A stretch of DNA of 64,000 bases from an uncultured virus (IMG/VR IMGVR_UViG_3300028393_000024) (lineage: Duplodnaviria > Heunggongvirae > Uroviricota > Caudoviricetes): IMG/VR virus record IMGVR_UViG_3300028393_000024. One strand, given 5' to 3'. The notes below the pieces were generated by a model, which was given only the letters and a program-made list of their open reading frames with translations, made no database searches and was not told where the DNA came from. This document shows, in pieces, positions 29,609 to 38,053 of this stretch (position 1 is the stretch's first letter; each line of letters starts with the position of its first letter). Position numbers and translations under genes: made by a program.

Positions 29609-30688
29609 TTGATGCATGTACAGCCGATAACATTCTATAAGACAGCAGCTGTCTCTAGTATACTCAAACCAAAAGATTTAGTAGTCTATCTAAAGACAAC
29701 TGAAACTTGCCAACTCAACTGCAAACACTGTTTCACTAATGGTGTCAACGGCAGAAAAGTTTACTTCAATCCCCAAGCAACAATAGACTGGTTTCACAAA
29801 CTCCATGCGGAATGTGAAACATTTGGATCAGGCGCAATTATATTTCATGGTGGAGAACCTTTTCTTGCACCACTTGAAGATATGTATAAAGTTTGGGAAG
29901 AAGTATCACCCCTTTGGCCAAATCTTGGTTGGTCATGTTCAACGAATCTCTGTTTCGCACTGACAGAGGAACATTTAAAATTCTTCTCAACTGTATTAAA
30001 GAATGGTTTCTGCACCAGCTGGGACAAGAACATTCGTTTTGAAAATGATAAACAAGAAGCACTTTGGAGAAAGAACCTTAGAACTCTTGTTGATCTTGGT
30101 CACAATATAACTTTGAACATTAGTCTAAACAAAGACTTGATGAAAATGGATACTCTTGAGTTGGTTACTTGGTTAAACACTCTTGGTGTAAACTATGTTC
30201 AGTTTGAGCGACTTACCCATGATGGAAGCGCAAATATAAACACTGACATCTTTCCCGAGAATAAAGAGATAGATGATTGGTTTCTTAGAATGCATGAAAC
30301 TTATCAATCAGTAAAGCCAGAGTACCATGATGTTTTGTTGGAAGGTGTATATTCCTCTGTCCTAAAAGGTGTTCATGGTGGTGTTCGTTGCAGAGACTGT
30401 GAGCAAAAGATCTTTACAATCAATGGCGATGGAACAATATCAGGTTGCCCAAATTCCGCTGTTGGTAACAGTTTTGGGGATATTGGGCAGTCTATAAATA
30501 GTTTATTAAGTGCTCCAGGAAGAATAAATAATATTACATGTGAGGTAGCTCGCGATCCTCGTTGTTACACCTGTAATGTTTTTGACATCTGTAATAGCGA
30601 CTGTCACCAATTGAGTTGGCAAGGCGATGTTTGTGCAGCACCAAGAACACTAATGCAAAGGTTAAAACATGACAACAGCTGGAACTAA
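29609..30688 (+). CDS. Radical SAM / SPASM domain enzyme (1)
   Basis: CQLNCKHC (CxxxCxxC) and FHGGEP, then a Cys-rich C-terminus CRDC...GCPN...CYTC..FDICNSDC...C. Start is TTG 29609 or ATG 29612. Confidence 0.92.
   Translation: MMHVQPITFYKTAAVSSILKPKDLVVYLKTTETCQLNCKHCFTNGVNGRKVYFNPQATIDWFHKLHAECETFGSGAIIFHGGEPFLAPLEDMYKVWEEVSPLWPNLGWSCSTNLCFALTEEHLKFFSTVLKNGFCTSWDKNIRFENDKQEALWRKNLRTLVDLGHNITLNISLNKDLMKMDTLELVTWLNTLGVNYVQFERLTHDGSANINTDIFPENKEIDDWFLRMHETYQSVKPEYHDVLLEGVYSSVLKGVHGGVRCRDCEQKIFTINGDGTISGCPNSAVGNSFGDIGQSINSLLSAPGRINNITCEVARDPRCYTCNVFDICNSDCHQLSWQGDVCAAPRTLMQRLKHDNSWN
30493..30500 (+). promoter_or_regulatory. Possible internal late promoter TATAAATA upstream of the CHxx-repeat gene
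   Basis: Exact consensus inside rSAM-1, about 170 nt before ATG 30669. It could be a chance match in AT-rich DNA. Confidence 0.35.
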
Positions 30689-31187
30689 TATAACAAAGGC
30701 AAACATCGTTGCCTCAATGGAAGCAGTTAGAAATACCTACAACTCAGGTATTGTTTGGGGTAGCAATGCTCAACCATTTCAATCAGATATTACTGGTGGA
30801 TCCACTTCTGGATATTCTACTCAATCTTTTGCTGGTGATATTTCCGACACAAACATAACTGCATCTACAATAACAAATAACTTTAGATCCTATGCTACCC
30901 TGCTATCGAGGATTCGTAATGTTCGTTTATTGAAGTGGTATCAGATTCAAGGCGATGTAAGAAATAGATTAGATTACGATGCCACAAATCTTACAAACTT
31001 AAATTCAAATTACCAGTGGAATGCTGATAACAGCGTTAACTCTGGAGAAACTGTTAATGCTGGAAATCTTGATGCCTTTGTAAACTATCTGTCAGCTAAC
31101 ATTAGTTCATACAGACAAACAACAGTGACAGTTGAAGAATTCTACTGCCACAGTAATTGCCATAGTAACTGCCACGGAAGTATTTGA
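30669..31187 (+). CDS. Putative rSAM substrate / precursor protein with C-terminal CHSN-CHSN-CHGS repeat
   Basis: 172-aa Ser/Thr/Asn-rich protein. Its only Cys and His residues are in the terminal YCHSNCHSNCHGSI. It overlaps the rSAM-1 stop. Confidence 0.7.
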   Translation: MTTAGTNITKANIVASMEAVRNTYNSGIVWGSNAQPFQSDITGGSTSGYSTQSFAGDISDTNITASTITNNFRSYATLLSRIRNVRLLKWYQIQGDVRNRLDYDATNLTNLNSNYQWNADNSVNSGETVNAGNLDAFVNYLSANISSYRQTTVTVEEFYCHSNCHSNCHGSI

Positions 31188-31948
31188 TGTATACTGTACC
31201 ATTTGATTCTGATACTTTGAAGAAAATTATAGTTGGAGAAATAACTTCTCCTGATATTGATTATGTTCAATCAAAGATCAAGGGTAAAAACTTCATAACA
31301 TATCTCAGCAATCTCAAGTATGAGAATCTTAATATCGATTTCTCAGATGTATCGCTTGATGAAAGAATAGAATTAGTTTCTGAGTATATTAGACACAATT
31401 CAACTTGTCACATTGAGCAGTTGGAAGCAACAGTTATTAAAGCACTGTTTCACTACAGAGGATATGAGTTATCTCTGGTTGACCAATCAGAAGATGACAA
31501 ACCATTTTTACACAAGTCTATATTATCGAATGATGAAATACAAGAGTTCGTTAAGATTGATATCAAATTAATTAAACAACTTGCAGATTTACTTGATGGT
31601 GTTCTTTTGTATGCAATTAAAAATCTAAACGATTACAAAGAAGAACTTGGCGATTTTGTAACGACCAATGTTATTGTAGAGAAACAAGAAGTTGGAAAAA
31701 CTTTTGTAAACTTCTTTGATAATCCAACATTTAATTGTCACTACTATGGAGCGATCCCTAAATTTGATGACATCAAGTATTTTGACCATTACTTTGACAG
31801 ACCAATTTACTCTGGTAGAACATTGATTAGTTACATAACAGTACCACAGTGTGTTATATTTCCACTATTGAAAATGATTATAGATGTAAAATTTACACCT
31901 GAACAATTAAACTCAATATTCAAAGAAGCCGATGCTACACTTATTTAA
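31184..31948 (+). CDS. Hypothetical protein in the rSAM cluster
   Basis: 254-aa ORF overlapping both neighbours; ATG at 31187. Confidence 0.75.
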   Translation: MMYTVPFDSDTLKKIIVGEITSPDIDYVQSKIKGKNFITYLSNLKYENLNIDFSDVSLDERIELVSEYIRHNSTCHIEQLEATVIKALFHYRGYELSLVDQSEDDKPFLHKSILSNDEIQEFVKIDIKLIKQLADLLDGVLLYAIKNLNDYKEELGDFVTTNVIVEKQEVGKTFVNFFDNPTFNCHYYGAIPKFDDIKYFDHYFDRPIYSGRTLISYITVPQCVIFPLLKMIIDVKFTPEQLNSIFKEADATLI

Positions 31949-32798
31949 TTCTTGCTATGTATATCCGTACATATTGTTTGATCCAACAAATAATTATTTG
32001 GTGGTAGGTGAAGACCATCTGAATCATCAGATAATTTCAAATAGTTTTTTCTACAATAATTCTACACCAAGAGAACCTTTTGCCAGATTAGATTCTTTTG
32101 AAACCTTTGCTGGATGTAACTTGCTAGATGCAACTGTCAACAACAAAGATAGATTTTTGATTTATACCGATGATGATAATTTCATTAAATTCTTCACGGC
32201 AAAAATGAAAACTCAAGTGGCAAACTTGAGCGAAGACTTCTTTCTTACAACGGCAAAGTTGTTTGCAGTTAAATTAAAAACAAGGGCAAAGTTACTTGCA
32301 ACTGATGACGCAAAACTAGAATTAAATAATCTTGCCGATAAATTCTTGGCACTAACTTCAATACCAGAAGTTGATGCTTTCTCACTCACACGTGCATGGG
32401 TCACTGCCAATGCTGGTATTGAGTGGAAATTTGCCAATGGTATTCTTGATAATATTCATGACATTGTTAATCGTAATGTGTACTCGTACTTTGATGAAGC
32501 AAAGGCACTTTATCTTTCCAGAAAACAAGGTGGCTGGGCTCTTGAAGAAACCAATCAGAAATATAAAACTTGTGCATCTATTGAAGATCTTTATTCGCAG
32601 ATGCGTAAAGAGATTATGATATTCACGGATTCTCTAATTTTACAGTACTACTACGATAGAGAAATGTTTAAGGATCCAAAGTTCTTACTACTACTTGCAT
32701 CCAATAAAGACATGGGTGATAAGATTGACCTTTGGTTGATTAGATGGTTTATGAAAATGTCTCAAGAACAAATTAAAGAATTGGACATAGTAGCATGA
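31932..32798 (+). CDS. Hypothetical protein in the rSAM cluster (paralogue of the next gene)
   Basis: 288-aa ORF starting MLHLFNSCYV with a later FLIYTD motif. Confidence 0.75.
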   Translation: MLHLFNSCYVYPYILFDPTNNYLVVGEDHLNHQIISNSFFYNNSTPREPFARLDSFETFAGCNLLDATVNNKDRFLIYTDDDNFIKFFTAKMKTQVANLSEDFFLTTAKLFAVKLKTRAKLLATDDAKLELNNLADKFLALTSIPEVDAFSLTRAWVTANAGIEWKFANGILDNIHDIVNRNVYSYFDEAKALYLSRKQGGWALEETNQKYKTCASIEDLYSQMRKEIMIFTDSLILQYYYDREMFKDPKFLLLLASNKDMGDKIDLWLIRWFMKMSQEQIKELDIVA

Positions 32799-33748
32799 TA
32801 TATCTTTTCGATAACTGTTATCTGTCAACAAAAAACATAATAGTTGAAACTGCCAAACAAGTATGGATCGGTTCTTTTGAGAATTTTGATGAGAAGTCTC
32901 TTGACATTTACAAGACATATACCGATATTACTCCAAAGAAATTAGACGACTTGTTTGCAGATATTCATAAGAATTTCTCAGATAAGAAAACTATTATATA
33001 CTGTGATGTTGATTATTTCCAGTATGTATATTCTATTTTCTTCAATGGTATTTTCAGTAAGGCAACTGTTCTTGAGTTGTATCAATACGATGCTCTCAAG
33101 GAAAACTATGGTCTTGCCGATACATATGGTCTGGTTGTAACTGGGCTCAGAGATATTAATCGTGTTACTTTGCCAGAAGAATTAAATTGGACCAGTGGTT
33201 CTTCAAAGTTCTCTGCTGATCTTGATACTCAAAGAGTTGAGATAGCATTTGCCAATGCGATTCAAGGTAACAAAAAGTCTTTGGCATTTTGTGTTGACAG
33301 AATTGATCAAATGTATGATGGCAGTCCAGGATTCTGGTCTAAGTTTGCAGAGCAAACTCTCCCTGGAATTATGTCCGATGAAGAATATACTATCGAGCAT
33401 TTATTGGACACCGAGTATATGGAAACATACCTTGATCAATTTAAGGTAAACGAGTTCCTTCCAAACAAGATTGTTCCAATCATCAATGATAAGTTTGGAT
33501 ATGATTATCATAAGCATTTCTTCACTGTTTTAAATAATGATGAAAACTATGAGGAATTCTTAAAACCTATACTAAAGATGAGCAAGAAACAGTTTATCGA
33601 GAAACGAATCCTAGATCCAAAGATTGCGGTAAATTACAACTTCATCTTTCCAAACATTTCCAACTTTGATTCTGTGAATCCAATTTTCTGGAATGCGATA
33701 TTAAAGAACCAAGACAATATAGAATGGCTCAAAAAGTATAAAGTGTAA
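32795..33748 (+). CDS. Hypothetical protein in the rSAM cluster (paralogue of the previous gene)
   Basis: 317-aa ORF starting MIYLFDNCYL with a later TIIYCD motif; ATGA overlap. Confidence 0.75.
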   Translation: MIYLFDNCYLSTKNIIVETAKQVWIGSFENFDEKSLDIYKTYTDITPKKLDDLFADIHKNFSDKKTIIYCDVDYFQYVYSIFFNGIFSKATVLELYQYDALKENYGLADTYGLVVTGLRDINRVTLPEELNWTSGSSKFSADLDTQRVEIAFANAIQGNKKSLAFCVDRIDQMYDGSPGFWSKFAEQTLPGIMSDEEYTIEHLLDTEYMETYLDQFKVNEFLPNKIVPIINDKFGYDYHKHFFTVLNNDENYEEFLKPILKMSKKQFIEKRILDPKIAVNYNFIFPNISNFDSVNPIFWNAILKNQDNIEWLKKYKV

Positions 33749-34800
33749 TGGAATTAATAATTAAACCAACTGAACTTTGTAATTTTAAATGTACCTTTTG
33801 CTCATCAACTAAACTTGTAGAAGATAGTGCCAGCACTCTTGACTTACAGCATGTTTTTGATTTTCTAAAGAGATTTCCAAATACAAATACAATAATTGTC
33901 AATGGTGGAGATCCACTAATGATGAAACCAGAGTATTACTTTAATATTCTTGCGTACATTGAAGAACACAAACTCCCAACAACTCTTGGATTCACAACTA
34001 ACCTTTGGGCATTCTACAAGAAACCAGAGATGTGGACTCCGCTGTTTAGACACCCAAGAGTTGGTGTTACTACAAGTTTTCAGTATGGGTTCGGTCGCAA
34101 GATTAATGAAAACAGAGTTTATACTGAAGCCGACTTTTGGAAAGTCAGTGATTTGTTTCTCAAAGAAGTTGGTTATCGTCCAGGGTTTATTGCTGTTATC
34201 TCTGAAGAGAATGAACATCATGCAATTAAACATGTTGAACTTGCCAAGAAAATGGATGTTCAGTGTAAGTTAAACTATGCCATGGCTTCTGGCGAACAGG
34301 ATAAACCATATCGCCTAAGTAAGATATATGAAGCATACCTAGAAGTGTATGAGAGAGACCTTTGGCACTGGGAATTTAACACAAAGCAGATGATGAGTCG
34401 TTTGAATAACATTGCCAATGTTTGTCCTCAAGCAAGAAACTGCGATGATCATATAAGAGCATTGAACCCAGAGGGAGATTACTACTCCTGTGGTTCTATG
34501 GGTGATGACAGAGAATATCCAATTAACTTTGTAAAGGAAGTTAAAGAAGGTGGTTTCTCTACTCCACTTCAAGATGCTCCAGAATTATATTCGCTGAAAG
34601 ATGAGTGTATTGGTTGCCCAATGTTTGCGATTTGTAATGGGTGTAAGAAAACAATTAAAGATTTAAAGAAACATGATATGGTTGAAGAGCACTGCTCACA
34701 TATGAAGCAGTTGGCTCCAAGAATTATTAAGATAAACAGTGAAATAGATTATGTCGAAGCAACTCAAAGAATCCATCAAATTCTCGTTCCTGAATATTGA
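33748..34800 (+). CDS. Radical SAM / SPASM domain enzyme (2)
   Basis: IIKPTELCNFKCTFC and NGGDP, then C-terminal CPQARNC...YSC...CIGCPMFAICNGC...HC. Confidence 0.92.
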   Translation: MELIIKPTELCNFKCTFCSSTKLVEDSASTLDLQHVFDFLKRFPNTNTIIVNGGDPLMMKPEYYFNILAYIEEHKLPTTLGFTTNLWAFYKKPEMWTPLFRHPRVGVTTSFQYGFGRKINENRVYTEADFWKVSDLFLKEVGYRPGFIAVISEENEHHAIKHVELAKKMDVQCKLNYAMASGEQDKPYRLSKIYEAYLEVYERDLWHWEFNTKQMMSRLNNIANVCPQARNCDDHIRALNPEGDYYSCGSMGDDREYPINFVKEVKEGGFSTPLQDAPELYSLKDECIGCPMFAICNGCKKTIKDLKKHDMVEEHCSHMKQLAPRIIKINSEIDYVEATQRIHQILVPEY

Positions 34801-36643
34801 TCTTCGTGTACCGATTCAAAGGTTACCAATTAATTGGTTGAACTTTAAGAATTACTACACGAAACATGGTAAATATTCAGACCGAGTAGTTTGGCAGAAA
34901 CCAATTCTCAATCTAGAAGGTTGGACATTTGAACAGATTGTGACTTACTATGACGAGCAGGATTCTGACATCTATGCTTTCTCTAGTTATCTCTGGAGTC
35001 ACATGGCTATTATGGCAGTTGCTCAAGAATTAAAAAAGCGTAATCCAAACAGAATTATTTTACTTGGTGGTCCACATCTTAATATTACTCATAATAATCT
35101 AGGATGGTTCATTAAGAATAAGTTTATCGATGCGATTTGCGAACCTACAAGTTATGGTGAGTGGTTCATTACTGATATTTTGAATCAGTTTGTAGAGGGT
35201 GATATAAACTACAAAGAAGTTTCCTTTGCGATCTATAAAAGTGGACGTGGCACAAGTCCTAATAAGATTGGGTTTGACTTTCCTGCAAGTTTAATTGCTG
35301 GCAATGAAGATATACTGTTTGAGTGCAAGAACATAGCACTTGACAGAAATGTACCTTTGGTTTTACCAATTGAGTTAACTCGTGGTTGTCCCTATGAGTG
35401 TGTCTTTTGCGAGTGGGGTGGTGGTATTGGTGGTAAGGTTATTCGTAAACCACTAGATATGATCAAGGAAGATCTAGACTGGATACCGCAGATCGGTATT
35501 GAGCAAGTTCAAATTCTTGATGCAAATTACGGAATATATCTGGAAGATGAGGATGTTTCCAAATATATAGAAACGATCAAAGATTATTCAGGTTTACCAA
35601 ACCATGTAGAGATATATGGAATGACAAAGTCCAAGCAAGAAAGACGCTGGGCAACCATTGAACCACTGGCACGAGCAAAGGTAGTTGAGCGATACAAGTT
35701 AAGTTTACAAACACTGAACAATGAAGTGTTAAAGAATATTAAACGAACAGATATTCCTCGCGAAAAAGACTTTGAGTTTGCTCAGTATCTGTTTGATACC
35801 TATGGTATTCGTTCTGACTTTGAATTTATGATGGGACTGCCTGGATATACCAGACAAGACTTCTATGATGAAGTAGATATACAGTACGAGTATGGTTATA
35901 ACCTTGAGAGATATCTTTGGTTATTCCTACCAGACTCACCTGCCTACTCACCTGACTATATCAAAGAACATAATATTAAAACTGAAAAGATATGTATCGG
36001 TAAGTCAAGAATGAATAGTTATGCTTTTGATGACGTAAATCTTTTCGGTGATTATCATATTTCCTCTGATCCAGCTTTTACCTCAGATGTTGAGTTTGTT
36101 GTTGAAGCCAATGGGTTTACAAGAAAAGACTTTACTGAGTTCTTTTTTATGAATTACTGGATCGTGAACAATATTGTTGAAGTTACCTTTACCGATGATA
36201 TTATAAAGCATAATGTAAATACTGGTAAACTTAAAACTCCATCTTTGGTGTTTAAGAAAATCTACGAAAAGATAAGTGAGCCAACAGAAAATAAATATGT
36301 GTTGGCAATGCAAGACTTAAATGCTCAGATGTATGATTTAATTGCTGGAAACAGAAAAGAAGTTGCAGACTACAAAGAATTTAATCTACCTAATACAACA
36401 GTATCAGTGGATTTTAAATATATTTACAAGTCTTGTATATATGTTTTTGAACAGGAATATATTGATTTTCTTTGTTCAGTCGGTGAGGAGTTGGGACTTG
36501 AGATTCCAAACGATATCGTTGAACAATTTACAACTGTTCTAAATAAGTACAGAGAATCTATTTCTCCAAAGTATGATAAGACCTATCAGATAAGAACCTA
36601 CTACGAAAATTTTATTAATGAGAAATATACAACAGTTACTTGA
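34751..36643 (+). CDS. Cobalamin-binding-domain (class B-like) radical SAM enzyme
   Basis: N-terminal YAFSSYLWS and IILLGGPH of the B12-binding fold, then ELTRGCPYECVFCEWG, ILDANYG, SLQT and MMGLPG. Confidence 0.85.
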   Translation: MSKQLKESIKFSFLNIDLRVPIQRLPINWLNFKNYYTKHGKYSDRVVWQKPILNLEGWTFEQIVTYYDEQDSDIYAFSSYLWSHMAIMAVAQELKKRNPNRIILLGGPHLNITHNNLGWFIKNKFIDAICEPTSYGEWFITDILNQFVEGDINYKEVSFAIYKSGRGTSPNKIGFDFPASLIAGNEDILFECKNIALDRNVPLVLPIELTRGCPYECVFCEWGGGIGGKVIRKPLDMIKEDLDWIPQIGIEQVQILDANYGIYLEDEDVSKYIETIKDYSGLPNHVEIYGMTKSKQERRWATIEPLARAKVVERYKLSLQTLNNEVLKNIKRTDIPREKDFEFAQYLFDTYGIRSDFEFMMGLPGYTRQDFYDEVDIQYEYGYNLERYLWLFLPDSPAYSPDYIKEHNIKTEKICIGKSRMNSYAFDDVNLFGDYHISSDPAFTSDVEFVVEANGFTRKDFTEFFFMNYWIVNNIVEVTFTDDIIKHNVNTGKLKTPSLVFKKIYEKISEPTENKYVLAMQDLNAQMYDLIAGNRKEVADYKEFNLPNTTVSVDFKYIYKSCIYVFEQEYIDFLCSVGEELGLEIPNDIVEQFTTVLNKYRESISPKYDKTYQIRTYYENFINEKYTTVT

Positions 36644-37331
36644 ACACGTAAATAGAATTCCCCATCTGCCATTAAATTTTAACTATGACGCAGAAAGAAT
36701 TGAACGTGAAGTTCGTGAGTGTCCCTTTCCGCTTATGCCCTATGAAGCAACCATGCAAGAAAATCATGGACATGAAAAGAGTAAGTGGAACAACTTGTCA
36801 CTGTTCAGCTACAATGGTGAAATCTTTTGCGATCGTTTAGAAGGTGCTGGTCCAGGAGAACTAGAAAGAATTTGGGGCAAAGTTCAACAGACTGGATTGT
36901 CTGAGTATATGCCCTATACCTATGAGGTTCTTGAACACCTTGGTGGTGGTAAAGCACTGGCAAGGATTGAAGAAATACTTCCTGGAACTGTGATGGGTTG
37001 GCATAATCATGTGTTTGAATTGTTTCATCCAGAAACAATGATGATTGTTCAGTTGCCCATAACTATACCTCAAAAATTTAAATACTCTGTGATGGCAAAC
37101 AAAGATTACAGAGGAATGGACTTTGGACTTTATACACCAAAGGTATATGAGTCTACTTACAATCCAGGAACACCAGTTATTTTTAATGCGCATCACTATC
37201 ATAATGTGTTTAACTTTGACAAAACAGGTGTTCGTTTAACGATTCGTTTCTTTGCTGATCTACGAGATGATAGAGTATATGATTTAGTACAGGATGCAGT
37301 GAATAATTATAAGGGAGATTACATTGAATAA
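36618..37331 (+). CDS. Cupin / Asp-Asn beta-hydroxylase-like Fe(II) oxygenase (1)
   Basis: WNNLSL, ARIEEILPGTVMGWHNH and FNAHHYHNVFN....RLTI follow a double-stranded beta-helix pattern. Confidence 0.7.
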   Translation: MRNIQQLLEHVNRIPHLPLNFNYDAERIEREVRECPFPLMPYEATMQENHGHEKSKWNNLSLFSYNGEIFCDRLEGAGPGELERIWGKVQQTGLSEYMPYTYEVLEHLGGGKALARIEEILPGTVMGWHNHVFELFHPETMMIVQLPITIPQKFKYSVMANKDYRGMDFGLYTPKVYESTYNPGTPVIFNAHHYHNVFNFDKTGVRLTIRFFADLRDDRVYDLVQDAVNNYKGDYIE

Positions 37332-38022
37332 TATTGCACATCTTCCTCTTGGTATAGATTTTGATCATAAAAAAATTCTAACAGAGATAGAGAATTTACC
37401 TCATTCGCTACGCAAATATCGTAGTGCACTATCAAATGGTAAAACCATGGAAATTCATGATGAGGAAAGATGGGATTCGTTGGCACTTTATAGCATTGAC
37501 GGAAAATCTGAATCTAATCCTGCAGAACCATGGACAGGGGACTTTATTAAAACTGAAGCACTTTATATGTGTCCTTACTTGGACAGTGTTTTACACTCTG
37601 TCGGTGGTGGTAAATTACTTGGAAGAATTGAGATATTTAACAAGAATGGATCTGCTGGCTGGCACAGTCATGTTATGGAAGCGGGACAACCAGAGTGGAT
37701 CTCTGTTTGGAATCTTCCACTTATTATGCCCAAGGAATCTAAGTTTAGTGTGCTTTCCTACATGGATTACAGAGGTTCAGATTACAACAAACCGATTAAA
37801 ATATATGAGCAGTGGTATGAACCTGGAAAGATGTACTGTTTAAACAGTTATCACTATCATAATGCCTTTAATTATGGTGATATGTCAATGATTATGATTC
37901 GATTCTATGTTGATACAAGAGACGAAAAAGTTAAAGAAATATTACAAAAAGCCATGGATAACTACACTGGAGAGTACATTCAGTCTTATGAAGAGTATAT
38001 AATCTCCACTGCAGTTACCTAA
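37324..38022 (+). CDS. Cupin / Asp-Asn beta-hydroxylase-like Fe(II) oxygenase (2)
   Basis: WDSLAL, CPYL, GRIEIF...GWHSH and LNSYHYHNAFN. Clear paralogue of the preceding gene; TTG start after GGGAG. Confidence 0.7.
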   Translation: MNNIAHLPLGIDFDHKKILTEIENLPHSLRKYRSALSNGKTMEIHDEERWDSLALYSIDGKSESNPAEPWTGDFIKTEALYMCPYLDSVLHSVGGGKLLGRIEIFNKNGSAGWHSHVMEAGQPEWISVWNLPLIMPKESKFSVLSYMDYRGSDYNKPIKIYEQWYEPGKMYCLNSYHYHNAFNYGDMSMIMIRFYVDTRDEKVKEILQKAMDNYTGEYIQSYEEYIISTAVT

Positions 38023-38032
38023 ATAATAAATA
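38019..38032 (+). promoter_or_regulatory. Tandem putative late promoters (CTAAATA, ATAAATA) restarting structural genes after the enzyme cluster
   Basis: CCTAAATAATAAATA at the cluster's 3' boundary. Confidence 0.55.
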
Positions 38033-38053
38033 TAGCTGATAATAGGAACGTAA

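Noticed and set aside
30669..31187. Assignment to the known His-Xaa-Ser (HxsA-D) radical SAM system
   Set aside because: The repeat has a 4-residue C-H-x-x period rather than tandem HxS, and the partner genes (B12 rSAM, cupins) differ. A distant relationship cannot be excluded without HMM searches.
29609..38022. DNA hypermodification (7-deazaguanine/QueE) or anaerobic RNR activase locus
   Set aside because: No QueC, QueD, FolE, DpdA or NrdD-like genes are recognisable nearby. The enzymes have SPASM-type Cys-rich C-termini and lie in the late structural region.
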